Assembly (NCBI GenBank): GCA_040954595.2
Contig: CM082591.2
Span: 8,284,280-8,348,279, forward strand
Source: Balanoglossus misakiensis
Taxonomy: Eukaryota > Animalia > Hemichordata
Direction of reading: 5' to 3'
Length of the DNA: 64,000 bases
The notes beneath the pieces are model-generated. The model worked only from the letters and a program-made list of their open reading frames with translations, was not told the origin of the DNA and ran no database searches. Position numbers and translations under genes: made by a program. This document shows positions 12,263 to 24,701 of this stretch, in pieces; position 1 is the stretch's first letter; each line of letters starts with the position of its first letter.

Positions 12263-15200
12263 ATGAGCAGACGTGATTTGTACGGTCGCTCTGTGTCGTT
12301 TGGCAGACCAAGCACCAGTCTTGGATACCTGGACAAGACAGACCACTCAACATGTCTTCACTCTCTGTGTGACGACTGCTTGGGGAGAGTGATGCAAGCC
12401 ACGAAAATCGCGAAACGTCGCCCTAAATGTCCAGATTGTCAGCGTTATTACCCGATTCCGGCTGGTGCTGATATTGATTACTATGACGACCTCGAGGGAG
12501 ACCCTTTACGATTCAGAGATTCGCGAGAATTCAGCTCCCTCTACCAACCGTATGGTAGAAAACCACCATCACCAGGGTGCATCCAATGCGAGTATATTTC
12601 ACGCGCGCCATACTCTGATCTTCACCGACACCCGAAGTCAGCGATCGCCAGCCGAAAACTCCTCGGACTAGATAACGAGCGTGGTTTCAGCGACGTGTCC
12701 GTGTATGGAAAGCGATACGGCACTCGAGTGGGCTCGCCAGATGCCGGTAGATACGCGTACGGGAACGACTATGGCGACCAAGCGTTATACGGGCAGCGTT
12801 ACACTGGTCTAGAAAGACCAGTGACACGAGGAAGACAGCTCGCGTTCAGCAGTCACAGCTACAAAGTGAACGAACCGGAGGTGTCGGTGTACAGTCGCGA
12901 TTACACTGATGTTTCGGGTCAAGGTTTGAAGCGAAGCTTAGTGCCGAATCTGAGAGGGAGTCAGTCTCGACTCGGTTTTGCCGGCGACTACCGCGGAGCA
13001 TCGTCGGTTCATTGGCAGAATGATGACGACACCTATCTATACTCGACAGCGCGGGCACCAACCACGAAAGTCTCCTACACTATCCCCAAATACGTGATCT
13101 ACGGACAGCCTGAAATTATTTCCTTGACGGTACTTGAGTGGTACGACGGCCGAATGTCGAGAAACGGAGACCACGAGATCGTTGCTGCGTTAGAGCGACC
13201 GGACGGTACTACGCGCCCATTGCGAGTAGTTCAACACGGCGGTGGAAGATATATAATCGAATTTTGTGAGGCTTTCCACGGAAGATATCGTCTGAAGCTT
13301 TTCATTGATGGCCAAAGAGTGGCCCAGTCACCGTTCTTCATTGAAGTCATCGATGGTTAGTATCTGGAATCAATCTGTACATATAATTGTGTAATGTTAA
13401 TCACTTTCTCATTAATAATTAATTTCCGTGTCTTCACGTGCTGAAATCGAGAATGAAATTTCTTTTAGCTTTATGTTGCTTACCGTACGTTATTACGTGT
13501 TTTTGATTCTCGTAAACATTGCGACTTTAAAAATTGGTTATTTACGAATTTTTGATTCTCGTAATTACGAATTTTTGAAAAACATGTTATTACGATTTTT
13601 CAAACTTTCGTAATTCCGTTATTACGTCTTGTTACAACTAATTTTTCCTAACTTTTAAAGAAAATGACCGAATGATTTCTCAGTATTTATGGCAAGGAAG
13701 CTACGGTTTGGTACTTCAGACGACACATCAATTCATCTATTGTCACGCTCCTTGGTTATGTTTAACTGACACAGAGCATAGGGGTGGAAATACAAGGCTT
13801 TTGTTCATTTCATTCAGAGACTTTCTTTAGTACAGATTTTGCATTTGCCTGGCAGCGGGCAGCTGCGGTAAGCTTGCCCGGCAGCCGTCGAGGAATTTAT
13901 CCCCGCCCCAAAGATTGTCGGATGAACCCCTCACGCAAAACCTAGTACCTTGCCAGCAAGCTCCCCCCCCCCCCCCCCCCTCAGTTCGGACAGTTGCACC
14001 GTCAACAGAGCAAAAGCATCCTGTTTATCATCCTCTGTCATAACCTTGTACTATGAAAGTTCAGTTTGAAAATGAAGACCTCAGTAAAACAAGACGGTCT
14101 TGAGGCATTTTTACCTTGTAAAATCTCAAAAACGAGATTTCACAAAAAGTCAAAAATTCGGACAAAGGGCGATATTATTTGTAGCACGTTTCTCCTGCCA
14201 GCACGTTGGAGAAATTGCACAAACTATCCCTCCCCACAAATAGCTGTATGTGTTTCCACAGCTACTAACTAGTAATTGTTAGTAGTAGTTATATTTCAAT
14301 AGTGCAGGCAGTTTGTGTATGTCATTTCGTAAATACTGCCTCGATTGACGAATATTGACGTTTCTTGACCTCTGTAATGAAGAGTCCGATGTAGAAATCC
14401 CCTCTTGTTGTGAACAATGTTTTCAGCGTGTCAACGCTGACATGCATGACGTCCAAATTACAGTCACTCGTTTTACAGTGTATCTCAATCACAATTTCTT
14501 CCTTTCCTGGCAGGTTGGCTCATGGGTAAACGCATGAAGGTCGGTACCACTGTAATCAGAGCAAAGGATGTGAGGGACGGAAATCTGGTAAGTCGATCAA
14601 TTCACGGCAAATGACAATTGGATGTACTGATATCAATACATGTATATGAGCATTTATGCGGGCGATTGTCAACAAAAGAACTACCGTATTCTTTTGGTGA
14701 CGTCACATTCTCTGTAAATTTCGACAGAATGACTGTGACCTATTTTCTTCTCACTAATAAACAAAATCCTGATTTTCCCGATCTGGAATGGAATAGCTAG
14801 CTTTAGGCCTATGATATTCACGGGAATAGTTAAATTTCCATGTTATCCTGTTAGATCTCGGAACTCTAATTCCACCTGCAGATTCACATAATCACCCATG
14901 TCTTAATATGTGCAACATACACCTATATAACATATAGGACAAGCAAGCACGTTCAGCTGTTGTACACATTTGACAATATTAAGTGACTCTTTTCCGACGA
15001 GATACCTGATCTTTTCTGATAACATGAAACATAGTTATGTTAGATGTAAGGAGCTACAACGCGTGTTGGCTGAAAGGATGTCTTTATTGTATTGTGTCTA
15101 AAACACCACGTGTGAATGGTCCATTAATGTGTATACACGCACACACTTTAAGATTTCTCAACTCGAAAAATTACATGTTTCGATTTTCTCGTTTTTTCCC

Positions 15201-15363
15201 CTCACAGGATGGTGAATCTAAAGGAACAGTGATTAAAGCAACAGAGGAATTCAATCGTGGATGGTGGATCTCGGTTCAATGGGATTACGGTGGCTCTGTT
15301 TGTCAGTACAACATGAATCGTTACTCTTGTCCCATTAAACTCTATGATTTCTATACTAATTAA
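12263..15363 (+). CDS. TRIM45-related protein: degenerate RING, low-complexity linker, filamin-type Ig repeat, C-terminal MIB/HERC2 domain (~440 aa, 3 exons)
   Basis: Exon 1 12263-13355 (donor G|GTTAGT, phase 1), exon 2 14514-14587 (acceptor cctggcag, donor GTAAGT), exon 3 15208-15363 (acceptor ctcacag, stop TAA); 1323 nt in frame. Motifs: CLHSLCDDCL..CPDC (RING second half); G.Y.I.F....GRY.L.+.IDGQ.V.QSPF.I.V (filamin); KVGTTVIRAKDVRDGNLDGESKGTV...ISVQWDYG....Y.M (MIB/HERC2). TATA-like tttatata at ~12164. Confidence 0.85.
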
Positions 15364-15371
15364 ATTCTTTC

Positions 15372-15636
15372 ATATCAAGTGACGTCAGACGTAGTAACGT
15401 TGGCATTCAAATTTCCAGATGACGGGTAACTTCAACAACGCGGTGCGGACGACGACTGTGCAGACGAAACGCCATGAGGCTGATGAGGCACCATGCCTGA
15501 TACATGTTACGTGTCTAGCGGTTCTAAAGTACAAACATACTCCGACAAACTTTCACTAAATGCCACTATGTTGTTTGCCCGTCACCTGGAAATGACAATG
15601 CCGTTGGTCATATGGCCAGATCACGTGATTGTTATT
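15372..15636 (+). repeat. Interspersed repeat with subterminal inverted repeats (second copy inverted at 37843-38121)
   Basis: tatcaagtgacgtcagac...tttccagatgacggg...cccgtcacctggaaa...gatcacgtgattg; the reverse-complement copy is nested in the family A element at 37.8-38.1 kb. Confidence 0.7.
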
Positions 15637-18022
15637 CAAGTATAAAACTTAGGTTCTACACAGAAAAAATAGTTTTGTAAATAGGTTAATATGTGCTCCC
15701 AACCATACTGTGAAGATCTGTATTCAGGACTCGACGATTTCGCTTTGAAAGCAACTCAGTGACTGTATACAGTGCTGTGGCTTGATCTGTGGCGAGAGTG
15801 CTTTATCTATTTTCGAGTGTTCTCTGTATACCTGTGTACAAAATGCCCCGATTCAGTGAAAAATAAATTGCTCTTAATTTTTGTGAAGTTACAGAGACCG
15901 ACTTGCCACGAAAATGCAACGCTGTTTTGCACTTTTGTCCGTGCCCAAGTATTTCAGCTTTGTTTTCAGAGCACTGGAGACAGTGAGATGCATTCATATA
16001 TGCGTGACGGAGTTCTGAAATCAGACTCGGACTATCCTTTAATGTATCTATATCGCCTGCACCAGGAACTGATTCCTTGCGGTGTGAAAAACGAGCAATG
16101 TTCTCCCCAGGAATTTCTGGCAGAGTGGTGGCTAATTTACATAACAATACGGATACTTGTTATGTTAATGAGTACTACTGTTTTCCAGAAGAAAAAAAAT
16201 TACAGAGTGGCGGCTGCCGCGCTGTAATTGCTCTGAGGCGAACACTGTATACGTAACGTTTAACAGACTCACTGTATACATCTTAAAGTATCCGCAAACA
16301 ACAAAACCAAAGTTAACAGCAAGTGCAAAAATTTCAAATTTATAACCATTTATGACAATCAAAGACCAGTTTCTCTCAGTTTATTTTAAACAATCAAGGA
16401 TTTAGCAGATAGACAATCAAAGATTAAGTCGATAATAAACGACATTTAATGGTGTATGTTTAATACAATGATGTAAATTATAAATCCGAACAATCGCCAT
16501 ATTTTGACAGTACTTTGATTATATTGTTATTTGTGAGTCTTTATTCATTTTGTAAAGTGTAATCTGCAACATATTGTATTGTTGATTGGCAGAGGTCTGT
16601 TCTCATTGACGCACGGTCTGGCATCATCTATAAGTGACATATTCATTTTCCAACATTCTCCAACCAACAATACAGTGCGTTGTTTTCAGTAGAACAACAT
16701 AATCATTCGTGATATTGAAACCTAAATAACCAAATTTATGTAAAAAATACTTTAAAAGTTGTTATTTATTAGTTTGTTAATTAAGTAAATTATACAGTAT
16801 TTATCAATGTAATTATTAGCCCTAGAGGCAGGGAAGTTTAAATTTGATATTGGGAAGGGATATTTTTTAGTTTTATAAATAGTTCATGGGCGTTAGGAAA
16901 TTCGAAAGATTGTTTTCTATATTGAAAAATGGGCACGGGACAGCTTCAGAAAGGCATCTCAGGTCTATATAACAAATGTACTAGTATATCACTCTACCAC
17001 GCCCTCTTTCTGCTTAAACTTAAGTGGGACTCAACTCCGCATGTCTGCCATGACGACCGCAGTGACTTCACGGTTACCGTAATCTTTTTGTTTAACCACT
17101 TGACCACAGTCGCCTGTCAACTGGGTAGTCACGGAGCCCACGTGTGACACAGAAAAAGACTTGCACATGCGCAGGTCTCGACATGAACAAGCGACGTTGG
17201 CACTTGACTGTACGGTCGACCGTCACTAAAATATACGGGTAAAAAACATAAAAAAAAACAGTTCAGAGCAATGAGAATTTTTAACCATTTCGATGAAAGG
17301 CACGCATACGCATCCGCACGCGATGTATAGTCATCTCAGGGGACAAATATGGCACCACTATCACATGACTGTTTACTAATATTATCAGCAGTCAATATGT
17401 ACATCTCAATGAATATAATAGCCACTGTCTTTATTGACACTTGTCGTCGCAGCTGTTTGTCCACCGATACCTTGACAGTCATTTTAAAACTACGTCTTGA
17501 AAATTGGAGGTCTGTCAGGTTGTAACGATATGTCAATTTGTACATGTGCACGTGCTATGTCTGAACTTATGAGCTGCTGTTGTGGGTGTATTATCATATC
17601 AAGAATACAATTGCCAAAAATTAACGTGCCAAAAACTAATCTTATAGATCAAAATACTGAGCAAATGGCCTATATCTCCGAAACAGTGAGGCTGACTCTT
17701 TCAACAGCAGGACAAGATTATGAGTCATATCTTGTTTCTGTTGTGTTCGTTGTAAGTGTAACCAAGGTCGACGTCACTCCACACCCCACACGGTCACTCT
17801 ACTGTGTGGAGTGCCTGTGGTTTATTAACTTTCAAGTGGCATGCCAAATAAATAAACTTTTTTATATAACATTCTTTTATATCCATGACCTCCACCCACC
17901 CACCTAGCCCTAATTTTGTTCCGAGTTTCACCAGACCATAGATTTAATCAAGTTCTTGATGAAAATCAGATTCGATGTGCATGGTATACTGTCTACCCGG
18001 TGTACCGTGATCTGGCCCCGGG

Positions 18023-18084
18023 TAGCTGCAATTATTGTAGCCTTGTAGCCAACCAACCCACCAAAGCTACAATAATTGCAGCTA
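18023..18084. mobile_element. Minimal 62-bp family D MITE with perfect 9-bp TSD
   Basis: TIR TAGCTGCAATTATTGTAGC / GCTACAATAATTGCAGCTA; flanked by GGCCCCGGG on both sides (18014-18022, 18085-18093). Confidence 0.85.
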
Positions 18085-19439
18085 GGCCCCGGGGATCAGG
18101 CCCATACAGAAACAAGATATGAGGCAGAGTAGGCCAGGCAATGAAGATGCTAATCTGCCAATCCATCCCGACATCATATTTCCATCAGATGGGCGTGGTG
18201 TTCATTAACGGTTTTATATAGAACGCGTATGATCAACAAGCTTGGTTTAACACTTAATTAGGAGACAACTCAGTTTATTATTATATTATCTAGGCATAAA
18301 TGTACATATTTGTTAATGGATCATGCATAATGAGGCATTTTACTCGAAACTTAGGACGTCATCTTGTAGAGCAGTAAGTTACTTTTCACAAATGGTTCTG
18401 GTATTTTCTTTTAATAGTGGTTATTTTATCACAGTTTACAGAAAACGGTATTTTACTTCAATTTTAAATATGTATACAGAAAAGAGAGTTTAACTCCAAT
18501 TTATATTATGTATATCACTGGTAAGATATTAAAGATTATTTTGTCCATTACGCTGTGCGTGGTTTCACTTTTTGTCTTTGATCAGTCTCCATTTAATTAA
18601 GGCCTAATCAACGGAAATTGCTGCCTGGTATCCTGTGCCAATTCTGCGACCATACATATCCTGTCGTGAGTAGTGCGCAACCGGTGTGGGGGGGGGATAA
18701 CGTGGAAGTATAGAACCATACACAGTAACTATTTGACAGTCCTCTCTACAGTTCACTATTTTTCAAGCGCCCCCCCCTCCCCCAACCGTCATAGGATCAA
18801 CATTTTCAAGTAGACCTACTCCCATTCCAGGGGTGTTTGTGAATGTTGCCTAAATTGATGTTTAGTTATTAGTTTGTTATGAAACTATTTACAACGTCAG
18901 CAATGTTATTAAAACAAGAAATTGGTTGTGCTATTTAGACAGCAGCAGCAGCACCCAGATCAGTCAGATTACACAATCTGTTCTGATGTAGTCTGGAAGT
19001 GTGGGTGCGTTCTATTATTCTTCCACGAGCGAGCCGGCCTAAACATCCAAGAAAACCCGAAGAAAAATGACTAATCCCATGGAAGATTCAAAATAACTGG
19101 TTACAACAGTAAAGTCGCAAGACCATGGACCGAATCCAACAAAATCTCTGGCCCATGTCTCTGGCCATGACTGGATGGAGCGCCACCATTGGTCAGGTCA
19201 GGAGAACACATTGAAAGATTCGCAGTTTGTGTATTCGGAATTAAATTTTGAGAGTACATTTGTTTTTAGATGGCCATTTAGAGCCCCCACAAATTTCCAG
19301 TTGATGCTTTTATGATTCAATAGTTAGTAAAATCAGTTTTTACAACATATATGTTCATAAAATTTGATTATAATAAATTATGTGTATATTAATTTGGTCG
19401 AATGCGCGGTGCAGAAATAAAGACATGACACTGTATTTA

Positions 19440-19460
19440 CAAAATAAAGGCGCGACTGTA
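19440..19460 (+). promoter_or_regulatory. E2F-like site in RAD51AP1-family promoter
   Basis: aaaGGCGCGac ~55 nt upstream of ATG 19506. RAD51AP1 is a known E2F target in mammals, but the motif is short. Confidence 0.3.
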
Positions 19461-19505
19461 TCTTCGATAGGATTATCAAGTGTTTACTGAATTTCTTTGT
19501 CGGAC

Positions 19506-22500
19506 ATGAGCCGAAAATCTGGCCGGTAAGATGTATTTGTTTGTTTGTTTTTCGAAAGAAACTACATCGAAATTACAACATACAGCTGGCTTGGAGTTGT
19601 TGCAAACTTGCAAGTTGTACTTTTGTAGTGTTGATCCCACGGCTTTGTGAACTGTTGTTGTTACTGCAGTACAATGTACTCTCCATGATGTACTGTAACT
19701 CGAGGTTTAGCCTGGTACGGTACATCATGGAGGGAAATGAATGTACCATTACCGTTGTCGGCGGGGTTTCATTGGATCTACATGTAGACACCATGCACCA
19801 CAACCTCGCCCCGAAACCTGTCCATCAAAACAACCTCGTACCAAAAACAACTTCGCACCACAAATACTGATTTTTTTTTCACGAAATGAGTTTTGGGACC
19901 AGAAATAATCAGAGTTCAGGCTTGTATAGGTCGTTTTATTGAATTACGCTCACTTTGTTTTCTGCAGAAAAAGTTACAGCTAATGGAGCTTTAATTTTCC
20001 AAACCACACTATTAATAAAGTTTTTGATTGTTTATTTGTCATCACAGAAGTCATAAAGCAATCAACTATAGTCAGTTTGGTGATGGAGAGGCTGAAATGA
20101 ATAAGTGATGGTGAGTAAATGCCAGACTTGTCTGAATTGTTGTTACTGTAATCATGCCAATAATATGACCAGAATCAAATAAATATGATCTATGAAAGGA
20201 CAAACCGATAGAATATAAATGAATCTCCATGGTCAAATTACAGAGGGGAAGGGGGGGGGGGGGTAAATCACAGTATGCAAGGCGAGGTTGTCAAATAATT
20301 AATTATAAAAGAATAGTGGGGGGTTGAACTAATAGAGCAGTCCAAGAACTGAAGTGATTACAGTACTCATATTCATAATGATCGATTTGATAAAGTTCCC
20401 AAACTGTAAGGTTTTCTGCAGGCAACAGCTAGTACTTGTAAACATTCACTCATCACACATTTGACAGGGAAGCCATATAACTGAATCATCATACGTAAAA
20501 GTTTGTGATCATGCCCCTTTACAGAGGAGAGATTCTTGTATATTTGTCAGTGTGGTAAAATAATGAGTGATTTCTAATAGTTGCACTTTTCATTTGTTTT
20601 TTCTCCATTAGATGACTTTGCGGAACCCACACCACCATCACCTAAGAGACTTAAGGTTGATAAGGAGAAGAAAAAGAAAAAAGACACAAAGCAAAAAAGG
20701 TGAATAATATCTTGGCACTGTAATTCACAAAGCATGTTGTGGAAACAATCATTGCTTTGTTGTGATGTGATTGCTGGCTTACCAGCAATTCTCGTGCTTC
20801 TTGATGAATGTTCAAAGATTACATTTCTGTCGTCACTCAAACAACATTAAAATCACCATTGAGTGAAGTTGCCTTACATGTATGTATGTGCAGCTTGTTT
20901 ATTACTAATTGTCTTTTCCCAAAATATGGAACCCTAATTCAGTTTGTATACTTGCATTTTTTTCCATTTATAGAGTTTCTCTGGACAACAAACTTTTTGA
21001 TCGTGATTTAGAATTAGCATTGGCACTTTCCAAACAATCTGCTGAAGACTTATCACAACCAACAGGTAAGTTTTGATCACACGTATGCTTTCCTCAATTC
21101 TGGCTATCTTATATTGGTTTTTACTTCATGCTAGGTGGTCAACGCACATACATGTAATAATTGCATTCTGGGTAAAAGGTTGACAACTCACTGTAGTAAG
21201 AGATAGAAGAAATGATATGTTGACTGTATTTCATGAATTCCATTGGTCAAACGTTTCTGCCTTTGTAGTTGACATATTAACCTCAGGTCAATTAATGTAC
21301 ATTTTAATTGCACAGGGACTGTAACAAAGTGGCCACTATAATAGAGGTAACCACTAACACAGGTTTCACTGTATCATATTTTTGTAGATGGAGACAACAT
21401 AGAACCAAAACCGGACACAGAAACATTACAAACTCCGCAATTAAAAGAAAATCTTCAGCAGGATGTGGACAGAGGCTCATCTGAGGAAAAAGGAGAAGGC
21501 ACAATGAAATGTGAGTCTTTCGTCTGACATCTACATACCTGCTGCACTCTTTTAGAATACCCTGATAGCATTTATTCTCACACTCCTGGCCGCTGAGCCG
21601 AGTGTGGGATCGAGAGTGCGGGATAAATCGATCCCACACTCTCGCTCGCAGAATTGAAAGCTCTATGTTACACGAGCGCTGATTGGATGACAAAAGGTTT
21701 TGTAACAACACATGCATTCTAGAGTTTCATCAACTTACTGTATTTTGAAACATGTGAAAAAAGCACCTAGCTTGATACTTCCATCACAAGATATGGTAGG
21801 GACCATTTTCTGATGGATATTAGGCCTGATCGTAGTAATCTGTGACGCTAATACTATACACCCATTGGGAGTCTCACACACGTGCTATGTCAACTGTATA
21901 CCAGAAGTGCATGTATTTAAAAACACTGCACTTCAGGTCACCAGTTTGGCAATGGCTGTATTAAAATGCGATGATCATCTTATGCGCATGTGCGTAATTT
22001 CTATTGTACAACCATTTTCTGTACAAGCATTATGTTTTGCAAATTTTGCGTTCGATGCATTCAAATAGCAGACTGCCTTCGCTTCCTTCCATATTTCATG
22101 CGCACCCTATAAGTAGATTCTGGTTTTGTCCCTTCTTTTCACCCAATTTGCTGTCTTTTCCTGATCTCCGACACAGACTATGGTCGCCGCCATCTTGTCT
22201 GTTGTTAGGACAGCATGCTGCCTCATGGCAATATTTATAACCAGAGTCTCTTGTTTGGCACACGCACATAAGACGATTGTTGCCCTTTAACATCACAGAT
22301 TACTATGGTCCAACCTTACCATAGAAAACAAAGGGTTTGGACTTAACCATGGTGGTGAAAGGGTTGAAATACATGGAGTGACATGGTAGGTGCTGTGTTG
22401 CAGAATAACCAATGTTGTTAAACTTATGTTTAAATTACAGCTGATGATAGAGAAATGGTAATTTCTGAAGAATCAGATTTTAATGATGATGATAATGAGG

Positions 22501-23940
22501 ATGATGATAGTGATAGTGATTTTAATGAACCTGCAACGAAAAGCAAAGCCAAGTCAAAAAAGACAAACAGCAAAAAAAGAAAAAGAGAAACCAAGGCCAG
22601 TAAATCACCAGTGAAGCCAAGACTGAATGCTACAGGTATGTAGACATAAACATGTAGCTGCCTGAATGGTACCTGTTCGTTCATATATTATGCAAGAGAG
22701 AGTTGTATGTTGTATATCGCCCTCTAGTGTTGACTAGGCTTATTCATTGTAGATTAAAACATGCGACTTGTTGTTAGCTGTACATCGCGTGTCGTTCTCT
22801 CTGTTTCTTGAGCCCCAACACATAAAGAACCCATAACAAGAGAGAGAGAGAGAGGGGGGGGGGGAGACAGAGACAAAGGGGGGAGGGGGAGGGGAAGTAA
22901 GGCCCTTCAGTAAGAATTTCCCCTCTATCTCCATGAGCCAACAATAAGGCACACTGTGCACGTATTCCATCTTTCTTTTCTTTTCTGTTCCAGTGACTCC
23001 AGTGAACAAAGCCGGCAAATTAACACCAAAAAGAGTCGGCAGCAAACCCAAAACATTTGTTGGTTTCACACCACCAGCTCCAGTTTCAATCTCCAGTAAT
23101 AGTGGCACCAATCCATCAAGTTCCAGTTCTTCAACGACAGTCAGGAAACCAGCATGGTGTGCTTCCAGTAAGTTCTTGATTGTGTGTCTTGTCCTCATAC
23201 ATGTACATGTCCATCTACCCTGGTATGTGTATGGTGAAATTATATACGATGAAACCTGTCTATTAAGGACACCTCTTGGACCAGAAAATCTGTCCTTAAC
23301 CCTAGCGCTGCCAAGTCAGTTGAACCTGGATTGATTTCCAGGGTGCCTAGAATCCTGGCTCCCGGGCCTGTTAGACTGCCAAGTGCGTGTTATTCAGTAG
23401 GGCCTATACAAGACCCTCAGACCAATACAGTGCAAACCAGTATGATTTGATACATTTTATGGGGGAGGGGCTCAGACTGCCAAGTGTGTCTAAGTACGTA
23501 TGAGAGCCATGCCAAGACAGTCAAAATACGTTTAAGAAGAAAAAGTTGCAAATACGTATTTTATTTAAGGGACTTGACACTCTAAACAGGTTTGACACCC
23601 AGTAGCATTAAGGTTAACTGAGAGGTGTCCTGATTAGAGAGGTGTCCGTAATGACAGGTTTCACTGTTTACGTCATCATATACACAATACTAGAATTCAT
23701 TGATGTATGTATCTATATAAAATCAGGAAAATGACAATATTCTAAATGTTGAGTAGACCACTATCTTAGAACTCAAATCAATTTAACACATGTTTTATTC
23801 TTGCACAAACAGGTAGTTCAAGTTCATCAAATCCCCTGGGAGGTGTCAGCCTTAAAAGTCCAAGTGCACCGATGAGACTTGGTCTATCCAGAAACATGAA
23901 AGTGAAACGTTTACATCCACATGTGCAAATCAAGGAATAG
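19506..23940 (+). CDS. RAD51AP1: RAD51-associated protein 1 / NUCKS1-family protein (~293 aa if the exon-2 frameshift is corrected)
   Basis: Exons 19506-19525, 20048-20110, 20612-20699, 20974-21065, 21388-21510, 22441-22635, 22994-23167, 23813-23940, all GT-AG. Motifs MSRKSGRSHKAINYSQF, DDFAEP, RVSLDNKLFDRDLELALALS and C-terminal LGGVSLKSPSAPMRLGLSRNMKVKRLHP (RAD51-interacting motif) match RAD51AP1. One extra base in exon 2 gives TGA at 20106. Confidence 0.9.
21961..22290. mobile_element. TTAA-flanked Kolobok-like element, family E (inverted copy at 38395-38683)
   Basis: gatgatcatcttatgcgcatgtg...gccgccatcttgtctgttgttaggacagca...ataagacgat..ccctttaa; the reverse complement is present at 38.39-38.69 kb. 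Confidence 0.7.
23300..23613. mobile_element. piggyBac-like MITE nested in a family C MITE (inverted copy at ~34002-34290)
   Basis: TTAA|CCCTAG...TAAGG|TTAA; the host MITE sequence resumes on both sides; near-identical reverse-complement copy in a PRAS40 intron. Confidence 0.8.
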
Positions 23941-24701
23941 GCTTTAGGCTTTGCAGGAACCATACCAGTATTACGATATCCATAATCAACAAAAGTGATG
24001 TTGCTTTGCCAGTACAAGTCTGAAGGAGGCCACTGATAAACCCTGTTGTTGAAGAATTGTGAGACTGTACAGTGCAGTAACAAGCAGAATGTGGGATCTA
24101 CTGTAAAAACATCATCAACCATCCAGGGCGACCTCAGATGAACGACACATAGGAGGGAATATACATGTAGAAATTTACAAGTACTGAATAGGTGGACGTC
24201 ATTGCAGGAATAAACAACAGTCAAGAGATGTGACCAGAGTTTTAAAAGAAATGGCCTTTTTTACCGACAGAGAAAAAGTGCTACCCGTGGAGTCCACAGA
24301 TGACACGACACAGAATCAAGGGTCAAGAGACCACCTGTGCAGCCAGCAGTCCAAAGATGACCACCCAAATCAATGGCAGGCAGAGATGACGAGCGCTGTG
24401 GACAGTGACAGTTAACCCCGATAGTGTTATAAACATACACTATTTGTCTAATGGCCAAAAATTGCCCGTCAATAAACATGATATGATATTATATTTGTGA
24501 ACCCCAATGAAGGGAAAGAGGATATTCTGTTTTCAGTTCTGACACTGCCACCATCACAGAGATCCAGACACTTCATATTTTCACTTGAGTAGCAGTCACC
24601 TCAGGACCAAGAAGGATTCGTGTAGCTTTTGATCTTTATGATCCATAATTTGTGCAATAAGGGTGGTTTCAGTCTCCAAGGTTGGAGTCCAGGGCAATTA
24701 A

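Noticed and set aside
14522-15363. Stand-alone ~73-aa MIB/HERC2 microprotein gene
   Set aside because: The exon has a phase-1 acceptor at 14514 that matches the phase-1 donor at 13355, so it is better explained as the 3' end of the upstream gene.
15772-17907. ORFs of 114-151 aa (15772, 15803, 17497)
   Set aside because: No recognisable motifs, no splice-consistent structure, and non-ATG or weak starts.
18940-19200. Possible divergent first exon upstream of RAD51AP1
   Set aside because: The candidate ATGs I checked on both strands close within ~15 codons, and no convincing donor or downstream exon was found.
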